Shown here piece by piece: positions 28,823 to 37,821 of a stretch of 64,000 nt of DNA. The stretch's first letter is position 1. Each line of letters opens with the position of its first letter. Position numbers and translations under genes: made by a program. The notes beneath the pieces were generated by a model, which ran no database searches, was not told the DNA's origin, and saw only the letters and a list, made by a program, of their open reading frames with translations. Source of the DNA: Candidatus Zhuqueibacterota bacterium (GTDB lineage Bacteria > Zhuqueibacterota > Zhuqueibacteria > Thermofontimicrobiales > Thiofontviventaceae). Location of the stretch: positions 1,418 through 65,417 of the forward strand of contig JAZBPW010000020.1 of NCBI GenBank assembly GCA_036351795.1. Direction: 5' to 3'.

Positions 28823-29398
28823 TCAGGCGTCCGGTTTTGACTTGCGAAAAAACAGCGTTGCCCCAATGATGATGACGATCACAATAACCGCAATCGCGTA
28901 GGGCAGCCAGTAGAGGTTTGCTCCTTTTCCATCACCATCCTGGATTTCACCCTCTTTCGATCCCGATGAAAGCGCGTCGATCATGGAATCTTCCATCTCG
29001 ATATCCAGTAAATCCTGTTCGACCATGGCATCATTCAGTTTCCCCAGATCGTTCAAGATACGTTCCTGATTCGCGCTCATATCAGCCAGTCTATCCTCCA
29101 GGCGAGTCACCTGCGCTTCCGTCTGTTCCAATGCCTTCGAAAGGTCGTTGATTCTGTCGACCATGCAGTACCATCCGATTGCCATGATAATGACGATGAG
29201 CAGCAGCCCCACGCCCAGGGCTAACGCGGTGAAGTTTCTACTGAGCCAGCCGGGAGCCTTATCCGCTTTTGCCGGCGCCTTTGATTCTTTCACATTTGCA
29301 GCCGCCGTTGTTTTGGGGGCAGCAGCAGATGTTTTTTTCACTGATCTTTTCGGTGCTTTTCCCCGTGGCTCAGATCCCTGCGTCTCCTTTTTGTTCAT
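28823..29398 (-). CDS. Hypothetical bitopic membrane protein with an N-terminal Lys/Ala/Pro-rich (histone H1-like) tail and a coiled coil between two TM segments.
   Basis: 'KAPKRSVKKTSAAAPKTTAAANVKESKAPAKADKAP', then a TM, a coiled coil and a second TM. Confidence 0.5.
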   Translation of the reverse strand: MNKKETQGSEPRGKAPKRSVKKTSAAAPKTTAAANVKESKAPAKADKAPGWLSRNFTALALGVGLLLIVIIMAIGWYCMVDRINDLSKALEQTEAQVTRLEDRLADMSANQERILNDLGKLNDAMVEQDLLDIEMEDSMIDALSSGSKEGEIQDGDGKGANLYWLPYAIAVIVIVIIIGATLFFRKSKPDA

Positions 29399-29446
29399 GA
29401 CGATCCTCCTGTTAATTTACCTGTATCTTTAAGCTAACCAATTTCA

Positions 29447-29475
29447 TTGACATTGTCAAGCGAATTGTATATGTT
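29447..29475 (+). promoter_or_regulatory. Candidate promoter for dsbD. Its -35 lies within a palindrome, TTGACA-T-TGTCAA.
   Basis: TTGACA, 17 nt, TATGTT. The 13-bp perfect palindrome 'ttgacattgtcaa' is at 29447-29459. Confidence 0.3.
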
Positions 29476-29603
29476 ACAACTATTCAGGTGATTCATTCTT
29501 TATTGTTGAAGAAGTTATTCGCACAGACAGAATAATTGAAACATTTAGCGCTTTTATTCATCAAATAGATATTCATTTTCCTGATTTATAAAAAGACAAG
29601 TTA

Positions 29604-31418
29604 ATGGAGGATCAGTCAATGATCAGAAAGAAGGCAGGCGCTGTTTTCGCCATTTTATTCATCCTATCAACAACAGTTGCATTCGGACAGAGTCCTTTTG
29701 AACTGAATGTACTGGAAGTCGAAACCCAAATCTCGTTTGACAAGGTACATCAGGGTTCGAAATTTGATCTCGCAATCATTGTCAATGTGGATGAGGAGTT
29801 TCACATCAATGCGAATCAACCGACCGAGGAATTCCTGATTCCGACAGAGGTCACGTTTGATCCAGTGGACAGACTCTCTTTCGGCAAGGTGATCTATCCC
29901 GACCCCCATCTCGTTAAATTCGCTTTTTCAGACCAGCCACTGGCAGTCTACGAAAAGAAATTCGTCATCTTTGCCGAGGTCTTTCTCGCTGACGATTTCC
30001 CGCGGGGAGAACTGGAACTATCCGGGCAACTGGGATATCAGGCATGTACCGATCAGAACTGCTACGCCCCGAGTGAGGAACCGTTTTCAATAAAGATTGA
30101 CGTCGTAGATGCGGGGGTGGAGATCATCCCCTCGAACAAAGATATCTTCGAGCAGCTCGAGGCGCATTCGCAGGAAGAAGCGCTGGACTTCACATCGGAC
30201 GAGCTGCGGGCAAAGGCTGTTCTCGAGAAAGGTCTTCCATACGCAATCATCGCTTTTTTCCTTTTCGGCCTCGCATTGAACCTGACGCCATGTGTCTATC
30301 CGGTCATTCCAATCACTGTCGGATATTTTGGCTCTCAAAGTGAGAAAAGGAAAGGATCCTCTTTTGTCAGCGCACTCTTTTATGTGATCGGAATAGCCAT
30401 TATCTTCTCGATCCTTGGTTTGATTTCAGGACTCGCAGGCAAGCAGTGGGGCTTTCTCTTTCAGAACCCATGGTTTGTGATCACCATATCTCTCATCATA
30501 CTCGCCATGGCTGCCAGCATGTTCGGGGCATTCGAGATCACCGTGCCTTCCTCGCTGATGAATCGCTTTGGTGGTGCCCGTGAGGGCGTTGTCGGTGCCT
30601 TCATCATGGGGCTCACTGTCGGCGTGGTTATTGCGCCTTGTGCCGCAGGCATCATCATCGGCCTTGTCGGTCTTGTTGCCAAACTGGGAATCGTTGCCAA
30701 AGGGACGCTTCTCTTCTTTATCATGGGGCTTGGACTCGGCGTGCCTTACCTGATTCTGGCGACATTTTCCGGACTCCTCAATAAGATTCCAAAGTCAGGC
30801 ATGTGGATGGTTTGGGTACGTAAATTGTTTGGTGTGCTTCTCATCGGCGTCGCTCTCTATTTTCTGGCACCTCAGATCAAGCGAGTACACGATCTTCAGG
30901 GTTATATGTTTGGAATACTGGCGATTTTCGGCGGACTCTTGCTCGGATTTCTCGATCATGCACCTGGCTATACAAAAAATTTCAAGTTCGGCAGGGCTAT
31001 TTTCGGCATTCTGGTTCTGCTGTTCGGCATCTTCATGACCCACAAAGCGATTCATACCGAACCACCGGCTATCGACTGGATCCATTACCAGAACGAGACA
31101 GTCGAAGATCTCATTGCACAGGACAAACCGGTGATCATGGATTTCTACGCCGACTGGTGCGCACCGTGCAAGCAGATGGACAATGAGACTTTTAAGAATG
31201 ATATGGTTGTCAATAAAACCGATGCATTTACAATGCTCAAAGTGGACTGTACATCACCCAATGAGGATACTAAATCATTGATGAAGGCCTTTGAGGTGAC
31301 CGGCATGCCGACATTCATTTTTCTGAACAGTCAAGGTGAGGAGATCCGGGAACTTCGCGCCGTGGGATATGTGGCTTACGACAGTTTCCTGGATAAAATG
31401 GAAAAAGCGCTGGAGTGA
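29604..31418 (+). CDS. dsbD: Thiol:disulfide interchange protein DsbD (alpha domain, TM core and C-terminal thioredoxin).
   Basis: Signal peptide. The TM core resembles cytochrome c biogenesis CcdA/DsbD. C-terminal 'DFYADWCAPCK'. Confidence 0.85.
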   Translation: MEDQSMIRKKAGAVFAILFILSTTVAFGQSPFELNVLEVETQISFDKVHQGSKFDLAIIVNVDEEFHINANQPTEEFLIPTEVTFDPVDRLSFGKVIYPDPHLVKFAFSDQPLAVYEKKFVIFAEVFLADDFPRGELELSGQLGYQACTDQNCYAPSEEPFSIKIDVVDAGVEIIPSNKDIFEQLEAHSQEEALDFTSDELRAKAVLEKGLPYAIIAFFLFGLALNLTPCVYPVIPITVGYFGSQSEKRKGSSFVSALFYVIGIAIIFSILGLISGLAGKQWGFLFQNPWFVITISLIILAMAASMFGAFEITVPSSLMNRFGGAREGVVGAFIMGLTVGVVIAPCAAGIIIGLVGLVAKLGIVAKGTLLFFIMGLGLGVPYLILATFSGLLNKIPKSGMWMVWVRKLFGVLLIGVALYFLAPQIKRVHDLQGYMFGILAIFGGLLLGFLDHAPGYTKNFKFGRAIFGILVLLFGIFMTHKAIHTEPPAIDWIHYQNETVEDLIAQDKPVIMDFYADWCAPCKQMDNETFKNDMVVNKTDAFTMLKVDCTSPNEDTKSLMKAFEVTGMPTFIFLNSQGEEIRELRAVGYVAYDSFLDKMEKALE

Positions 31419-31460
31419 CCTTAAGAACAGCAATCTGAAAAATCCAATTTATAATCTGAA

Positions 31461-31507
31461 GAATTCAGAACAAAACTGCCATCCCTGTGAAAATCAGTGG
31501 ATGGCAG
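31461..31507 (-). terminator. Intrinsic terminator, mainly for the minus-strand SSF transporter gene and possibly bidirectional for dsbD.
   Basis: A 9-bp stem (ctgccatcc / ggatggcag), followed on the minus strand by 'ttttgttctgaattctt'. Confidence 0.45.
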
Positions 31508-31518
31508 TGATACATGAA

Positions 31519-33141
31519 TTATTTGATAAACCTGTCGATCAGCAGACCTAAACAGACCGATAGAAAACTGCCAATCACGACGTACCAGGGCCATGCGATC
31601 TTCAGAGGCTGGAAATTCAGAATAATCGTGGTGATGATCACGAGCAGCAGCACCAGTATGATCAAATCTTTCCTTCTGTCCGTTTGAAAAAACAACCAGA
31701 GAAACACAACGATATTCAGACCGACAATACTATACAGGAAGACTCCTTCAGCGCCGATGAACCAGGTCATGAAATAGATCGTCGCCCACATGGCATATAG
31801 CGCGCCCTTCTCATTGACATGCTTGAAAAGAACTCCCAGCAGGAACGCCCCCAGGAGCCCACCATAGGTGAATGAAGCGATGCTCAATCCCAGCTCCACC
31901 ACCGGATTGTTTTTATCCTGAAAGATCATGGCGCCGCCGATGAAAATGAGTCCCCACAACGCCGTGAAAGCGCGCGAAATCAGCAAGTCCTTTTCCTCGC
32001 TGTTATCTTTTCCAAATTTGGATTTATAGAGGTCGAGCATGGATGAGGACGCCAGGGAATTCAGGGAGCCGCTCATGGTGGACATTGCCGCGGCAAACAC
32101 GCCCGCGATGATGATGCCCGAAAGTCCCGGCGGAAGCGCTTCGACGATAAATTTCGGAAAAAGCTGATCCGAATCGGTGAGGAAAGCGCTCTCCGGACCG
32201 ATCATTTGTCCCTTGTAGAAGGCGAAGAGCAAGAGTCCCACCAACAGAAAAAGCGCAAACTGAAAAATGACAAGCACACCGCTGCTGATCAGCGCCTTCT
32301 GGCTGTCCCTGAGATTACGACATGTGAGCAGTCGCTGCACGATCAGCTGGTCGGTACCGTGAGACGCCATGGACAGAAATGCGCCACCCACGAGTCCACT
32401 CAGTACTGTGTAGGTGTTCTTGAAAAAGCCACTGAATCCATTTTCGAAGCCGAAATTGAATATCTGAAATTTACTATCTGCTGACGCGTATGCAAGCACA
32501 TCGCTCCAGCCATTGGGCAAATGGTTGATGATGAAAAAGGCCGCAATGATTGCTCCTCCGAGGTAGATAAACATCTGGATCACATCGATCCAGACGACGG
32601 CGCGGATGCCTCCCACGTAGGTGTAGATGACGGTCAATATGCCGATCACGGCGATTGAAACAGGATAGCTCCAGCCGGTGATCACGGATAACGGAATGGC
32701 TGTCGCGAACAAGCGGACACCGTCCGCCAGCAGTCGGGTGATCTGAAAAATCACTGATGCGAATTTACGAATCCCGGGGCCGAAACGCACGCCCAGGAAT
32801 TCATAGGCAGTGAACATCTCCCCTCTGTAGTAAGCCGGAAGGAAGATGAAGCTGATGATCACTCTGCCGATCAGATAACCAATGGTCAGCTGTAGGAAAC
32901 CCAGATTGGTCATATATGCCAATCCCGGAATACTGATGAATGTCAGTGTGCTCGTCTCGGTGGCAACCACGGAAAAGCTCACCGCCGTCCAGGGCAGATT
33001 TCTGTCTCCAAGGAAATAATCCCGCGTGTCCCGCTGCTGTTTACCCAGCCAGCTCCCTAACATGGTCACACCGATCAGGTAGATAATGAGAATCGAAAAA
33101 TCCAGGGGTGTAAAACTCATTGCGCGCTCCATAATTATCAA
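31519..33141 (-). CDS. Sodium:solute symporter family (SSF/SSS) transporter.
   Basis: 540 aa, 13-14 TM helices, N-terminal 'GDRNLPWTAVSFSVVATETSTLTFISIPGLAY'. Confidence 0.85.
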   Translation of the reverse strand: MIIMERAMSFTPLDFSILIIYLIGVTMLGSWLGKQQRDTRDYFLGDRNLPWTAVSFSVVATETSTLTFISIPGLAYMTNLGFLQLTIGYLIGRVIISFIFLPAYYRGEMFTAYEFLGVRFGPGIRKFASVIFQITRLLADGVRLFATAIPLSVITGWSYPVSIAVIGILTVIYTYVGGIRAVVWIDVIQMFIYLGGAIIAAFFIINHLPNGWSDVLAYASADSKFQIFNFGFENGFSGFFKNTYTVLSGLVGGAFLSMASHGTDQLIVQRLLTCRNLRDSQKALISSGVLVIFQFALFLLVGLLLFAFYKGQMIGPESAFLTDSDQLFPKFIVEALPPGLSGIIIAGVFAAAMSTMSGSLNSLASSSMLDLYKSKFGKDNSEEKDLLISRAFTALWGLIFIGGAMIFQDKNNPVVELGLSIASFTYGGLLGAFLLGVLFKHVNEKGALYAMWATIYFMTWFIGAEGVFLYSIVGLNIVVFLWLFFQTDRRKDLIILVLLLVIITTIILNFQPLKIAWPWYVVIGSFLSVCLGLLIDRFIK

Positions 33142-33342
33142 CGGAGGTAAAATAATAATTCAATGATTCAAAGTCAACGTGTATATTCATTTTTTAAAAT
33201 GAAAATCAGTCAGAAGCTCAATGCAATTTGATCCACAGCTGTTTTCTTGCATCACTATTTTTCCCTTGCAATTTGTAATGCATATTATTAAATTTAAAAG
33301 GTTTTACACCAAAATATATGTAGAACTCAAAAAAGGAGAAAT

Positions 33343-33664
33343 TATGTCCAACCACCAGGATAACTCCCAATTTATTCCGCTTGACGAAGCGAAAAGGCTC
33401 ATTAACAATTTTCGTAAAATCTCCGGTGCCGGAGCACAGCCGGGCGGATCCTTCAAAATCGACACAATAAGAGGTATTATCGAGCAGAAAGGCTGCAGCG
33501 GCATCAGATTTTATTACGGCAAGAATGCTATAAACGAGTCTGTCATCGTACTGGTCGGCATCGATGAAGCTGGCAAGGATATGACCGGAGGCAAGATCGC
33601 TGAGAGACAGGACGCAATTCCGAAGAACAGCATCAATGACAGTGCGTTACTGAAAAATGAATGA
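33343..33664 (+). CDS. Small hypothetical protein (106 aa), first gene of the 7TM-sensor kinase unit.
   Basis: Good SD 'aaaaggagaaatt' before the ATG at 33343. Its stop overlaps the next start. Confidence 0.45.
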
Positions 33665-34322
33665 TAGACTGTTCTATGAAATTTTCGCCAGTATTGCCCG
33701 TCTCGGATATGTCGTTTTATCAATATTCGGACTGTTGAATATACGAAAAATGTCCGGCGCTTACAGATTTTTAATATATCTTGTTTTCCTGGCCACAATA
33801 ACAGATGGTACGGTATTATTGTTGCGTTTGAAAGACATCACCAGTCCCTTTCTATACCATTTTTACACGATTTTCGAATACAGTCTGTTGTCCATCGTAC
33901 TATCTTTCTGGCAGCGAAAGCCAGCTATCACCAAAGCGATGCGTGCAAGCATTTTGCCATTTGCCATGATATGGATAATCAGCAAAATTTCGGGACTGGA
34001 GACATTCTCGCATTTCGATGCCTATACTGCGTCTCTGTCGTGCGCATTGCTGACCTTAATGTCAATGTTCACTCTGGTGAATCTCATTAACGACTATTTT
34101 GAGAACATTACCCGACGCCCCGAGTTCTGGATCACTCTGGGTATACTGATCTATACAGCGGGAAACGCTATTAATTTTGCGGTTTCAAAAACGATTTTTT
34201 ATATTACATGGAATATCAATAACTTCTTGACAATCGCAGCTATTCTTTGTTACGCGGGAGGTCTATTATTACAGATTCGATCCAATCGATATGGGCCATC
34301 TTCCTGGCAACGTTCGTCATAA
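33657..34322 (+). CDS. 7TM receptor-like membrane module (7TMR-DISM-like), probably the sensor part of the following kinase.
   Basis: Seven predicted TM helices. Its 3' end overlaps the kinase ORF by 76 nt in another frame. Confidence 0.55.
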   Translation: MNDRLFYEIFASIARLGYVVLSIFGLLNIRKMSGAYRFLIYLVFLATITDGTVLLLRLKDITSPFLYHFYTIFEYSLLSIVLSFWQRKPAITKAMRASILPFAMIWIISKISGLETFSHFDAYTASLSCALLTLMSMFTLVNLINDYFENITRRPEFWITLGILIYTAGNAINFAVSKTIFYITWNINNFLTIAAILCYAGGLLLQIRSNRYGPSSWQRSS

Positions 34323-36277
34323 CAGTTTTGATCATCGGTTTTGTCAGAATTGTCTTTACAACGAATCTCAATCTCCGTCGTCAACGCGATTTCATGTCGA
34401 AAATCCTGGAGACGGCCGGCGCGCTCATCATTGTGATGGACAAGGAAGGTCGTATCGAACAATTCAACAAGGCCTGTGAAAAGCTGACAGGATTTACTAT
34501 TGACGATGTAAAGGGCAAGCGTCTCATAGACCTGCCCTTCATGTCCGAAGCCGCAAAACTGGAATTTTTGAAGCACTGCAGCGACATTGTCGATAATCAG
34601 CCCTACACATGCGAGAACATCTGGAAGTCAGCTGACGGAAAGGACCGAATTATTACCTGGACCAGCTCATACATCCCGAACAAGTCGGGTGACATTCTAT
34701 ACATTATCTGCTCCGGCATCGACATTACGGCGCACAAGGCTACGGAAAGCGCGTTGCTGTCTGAAAAGGAACGTCTTTCGGTGACCCTAAAGAGCATCGG
34801 AGAGGGCGTGATATCTATTGATGCTGGGGGAAAAATCATACTAATGAATGAAGTGGCTGAGGAACTCACGGGCTGGGACCGCGATTCCGCTATCGGGAAA
34901 GCACTGGAAGATGTGTTACAGATCGTCCGGGATGATGACATCTCAACTTCATCATCTGATCAGACAAATGGGCAGCGTACATTTCCCGAGCTGCACAATC
35001 ACCGAAGATTGATGCGCAGGGATGGAACGCAGCTTTTGATCGATTACGGAAGTGCGCCCATATATTCGAACGAAGGTGAAGAAGTGGGTGTTGTCGTTGT
35101 CTTCAGAGACATCTCAGAACGAAAGAGGATCGAGGAAGAGTTGCAGAAAGCAGACAAGTTGAACTCGATCGGTATGCTTGCGGGGGGAATTGCGCATGAT
35201 TTCAATAACATCCTGACGGTGATCATCGGCAATATATCGCTCGTCAAGCTCGCTCTCAACACTGAACATGGCGCACTGACAAAAATCCAGAACATCGAAA
35301 AAGTGTCCATGCAGGCTAAAGAACTCACGCAGCGTCTTCTGACATTTTCGAAAGGAGATACACAGGTACAAAAGATCGTTGCCCTCTCCAATGTGCTTCA
35401 GGAGTCGGTCTCTTTCGGGCTCACCGGCTCCAATGTAAACTGTGATCTCGATGTGTCCGAAGATCTATGGTTCCTGAAAATGGATCCGGGACAGATCGCA
35501 CAGATGTTCAACAATCTCATAATAAACGCAAGCCAGGCAATGCCGGATGGAGGAACCATCCGCATCAGAGCGGAGAATGCCATCATCGAAAAGGGCAGCG
35601 CAATGCCGCTCCCACCAGGTCCCTATGTGAAGGTAAGCGTGACGGATGAGGGGATCGGTATTCCAAATGATTCTCTTTCCAAAATATTCGATCCCTTTTA
35701 CACGACCAAGAAAAAGGGAAGCGGATTGGGCCTGTCGATCTGCCATTCCATTGTGCAGAATCACAGGGGTCATATCAGTGTCGAATCCACGGTGGGAAAA
35801 GGGACCGTCTTTCGGGTTTTGCTGCCGGCGCAGACTGAAACAGATCACTTTCATGAGGATGACAGGGATACGGTGATTGCCGGGAAAGGCAAAATACTGG
35901 TCATGGATGACGAAGAACTCGTGCGCATCGTCGCCGCTGAAATGCTCACCCAGCTTGGCTATGATCCGGGTTTTGCCGGTGACGGCCGGGAAGCCATAGA
36001 AAAATATAAACGCGCCAAAAGAGCAGGAGCTCCGTACGATGCGGTCATACTGGATTTGACTGTCCCGGGCGGAATGGGTGGCAGGGAGACCCTTGTGCAA
36101 TTAATGGAGATCGATCCGGACATCAATGCCATCGTATCGAGCGGCTATGCAGCCGAACCCATCATCGCTGAACTACGGGAACAGGGCTTCATCGATTTTA
36201 TAGAAAAGCCATACGAGATCGGCGATCTCAGCGAGGTCCTGCATCGCACATTGTCCGCGGACGCAAAGCAGGCATAA
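34247..36277 (+). CDS. Hybrid sensor histidine kinase: TM, two PAS domains, HisKA, HATPase_c and a C-terminal receiver domain.
   Basis: 'GIAHDFNNILTVIIGN' (H-box), 'GSGLGLSIC...GKGTVFRVLLP' (G-boxes), receiver 'ILVMDDEELVR...VILDLTVPGGMGG'. Confidence 0.85.
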   Translation: MLRGRSIITDSIQSIWAIFLATFVITVLIIGFVRIVFTTNLNLRRQRDFMSKILETAGALIIVMDKEGRIEQFNKACEKLTGFTIDDVKGKRLIDLPFMSEAAKLEFLKHCSDIVDNQPYTCENIWKSADGKDRIITWTSSYIPNKSGDILYIICSGIDITAHKATESALLSEKERLSVTLKSIGEGVISIDAGGKIILMNEVAEELTGWDRDSAIGKALEDVLQIVRDDDISTSSSDQTNGQRTFPELHNHRRLMRRDGTQLLIDYGSAPIYSNEGEEVGVVVVFRDISERKRIEEELQKADKLNSIGMLAGGIAHDFNNILTVIIGNISLVKLALNTEHGALTKIQNIEKVSMQAKELTQRLLTFSKGDTQVQKIVALSNVLQESVSFGLTGSNVNCDLDVSEDLWFLKMDPGQIAQMFNNLIINASQAMPDGGTIRIRAENAIIEKGSAMPLPPGPYVKVSVTDEGIGIPNDSLSKIFDPFYTTKKKGSGLGLSICHSIVQNHRGHISVESTVGKGTVFRVLLPAQTETDHFHEDDRDTVIAGKGKILVMDDEELVRIVAAEMLTQLGYDPGFAGDGREAIEKYKRAKRAGAPYDAVILDLTVPGGMGGRETLVQLMEIDPDINAIVSSGYAAEPIIAELREQGFIDFIEKPYEIGDLSEVLHRTLSADAKQA

Positions 36278-36289
36278 AGGCATAGGGCA

Positions 36290-36812
36290 TCAGACCAGCG
36301 AAGTGGATCCGAAGCTGTCAGTTTCCGATACAATTATGGCAATGGATTTAGCAGTGATGGCATCCGTGAAATAGTACTTATCCCCGTCAGGCTCGATGCG
36401 GTCATTATTTCTGGTCAGCGTACGGGGAAAAAAATAATTAGCAGCCCCGGTGATGATACCGTAATAGTCATCAAAGCCCCGCTGCATCGGCCAGTTGTGC
36501 TTTGGTTCATCGATATGACGCGTCACATGCCATTTCCCCGACATATAGGCGGCGTACCCGCCGGTCTTCAATGCCTCCGCGATGGTGACGGTGTGCTGGT
36601 TCAAATCGCCAAGATAGCCGTCGATGCCGTCATCCCCCATCATGTGTCCGACATCCGCCTGGTGGGGATGGAGACCTGTGAGCAGAGATGCCCTCGAAGG
36701 CCAGCAGCGGGCTGTGGTGTATGGATTTCTCCGCCATAACAACCGAGATCAGAGTATCCCATGTCGTCATTGAGGATCAATATGATATTAAGTTGAGTCA
36801 TTTCAAGGCCTT
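36290..36812 (-). pseudogene. Sulfatase (arylsulfatase-family) remnant. The N-terminus '[27 protein letters not shown]' (ATG at 36812) is out of frame with the CxPxR-containing segment '[16 protein letters not shown]', and the protein is truncated after ~175 aa.
   Basis: Hand translation of the reverse complement of 36721-36812 gives the canonical sulfatase N-terminus in one frame. The ORF 36290-36742 continues the family sequence in another frame. About 300 C-terminal residues are absent. Confidence 0.7.
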
Positions 36813-36822
36813 TTGTAGTCCC

Positions 36823-37008
36823 TTAATCTTTGGCTTTGCTTGAAAGCAGAGCCGTGATGATCAGTCCCAGGCCCAGTCCCCCAAGAATGCTGCCGACGAA
36901 AGCCAGCGCGTTCGTCGGCAGGAAAAAGAAACCAACGCCGATCCCAAGAAGCACGCCTCCACCGATCGCCCAGGTACTCTTGTCGTCTTTCTTGTCTTTC
37001 TTGGCCAT
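36823..37008 (-). CDS. Small (61 aa) Gly-rich two-TM membrane protein.
   Basis: Strong SD 'ccggagggagg' 5-6 nt before the ATG. GxxxG-rich hydrophobic segments. Confidence 0.45.
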   Translation of the reverse strand: MAKKDKKDDKSTWAIGGGVLLGIGVGFFFLPTNALAFVGSILGGLGLGLIITALLSSKAKD

Positions 37009-37250
37009 GTCGCCTCCCTCCGGTTTTGTGAGTATCGTTTATCAGTAAAGTTTTTATGTATTCAATAGCGCACGATTTCTCGCAAGCTCACCTCTATGCC
37101 AGGAAAGTACACACTCTCCCAAAGCGATAAGTATTCAGGTATCTTCACTACACAAGCCTATGATACCCGGCTGCGAAATTTCAATTACCAGCTACAACAA
37201 TAAAGTAAAAAATATTCCAATAGTCAAATTTATTTTGTTCAAATTTTTTC

Positions 37251-37279
37251 TTGACTTTCTCACAATAATATTCTATATT
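37251..37279 (+). promoter_or_regulatory. Candidate promoter of the marR-oxidase operon.
   Basis: TTGACT, 17 nt, TATATT, 33 nt upstream of the marR ATG. Confidence 0.4.
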
Positions 37280-37311
37280 CATTTGATACTATCAACTATT
37301 TATGATGTAAA

Positions 37312-37809
37312 ATGAATCCAAAAGATCAAAAACACGCGTCGCAACTCGCGGATATTACGTCGCTGCTGTTCACAAATTGCCAGGCCAAAGAGCTTCAACA
37401 CGCCGAGAAATACAAGGTCTCTATCATGCAGTTTCGCTGCCTGCGCATACTGCACAGCTTTAAGACACTCACCGTCAATCAACTGGCGAATGAGATGCAC
37501 CTTACCAGCGGACGAATTACACGAATCGTCGACGGGCTCGTCAAAAAACGACTTGTACACAGAAACATCGATGAACACGACCGTCGCTACTTTCACCTTA
37601 CTCTCACACCTGAAGGAAAGAAGCTGACTTCGGAGATGATCGATGACTATCACAATATCCACAGAGAGATCATTGCCAATGTTCCCGATGAATCCCGGGC
37701 TACGCTCATCGAAATGCTGACCATCCTGAACACAGCGGTGGAGGACTGGTTGTGCCACGGATCTGCAACTGATCTAAGCTACGCGAATGACGATAACTAT
37801 AAAATCTAA
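37312..37809 (+). CDS. MarR-family transcriptional regulator.
   Basis: wHTH 'LTVNQLANEMHLTSGRITRIVDGLVKKRLVHRNIDEHDRR'. Confidence 0.85.
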   Translation: MNPKDQKHASQLADITSLLFTNCQAKELQHAEKYKVSIMQFRCLRILHSFKTLTVNQLANEMHLTSGRITRIVDGLVKKRLVHRNIDEHDRRYFHLTLTPEGKKLTSEMIDDYHNIHREIIANVPDESRATLIEMLTILNTAVEDWLCHGSATDLSYANDDNYKI

Positions 37810-37821
37810 TTGAGGTGATCT

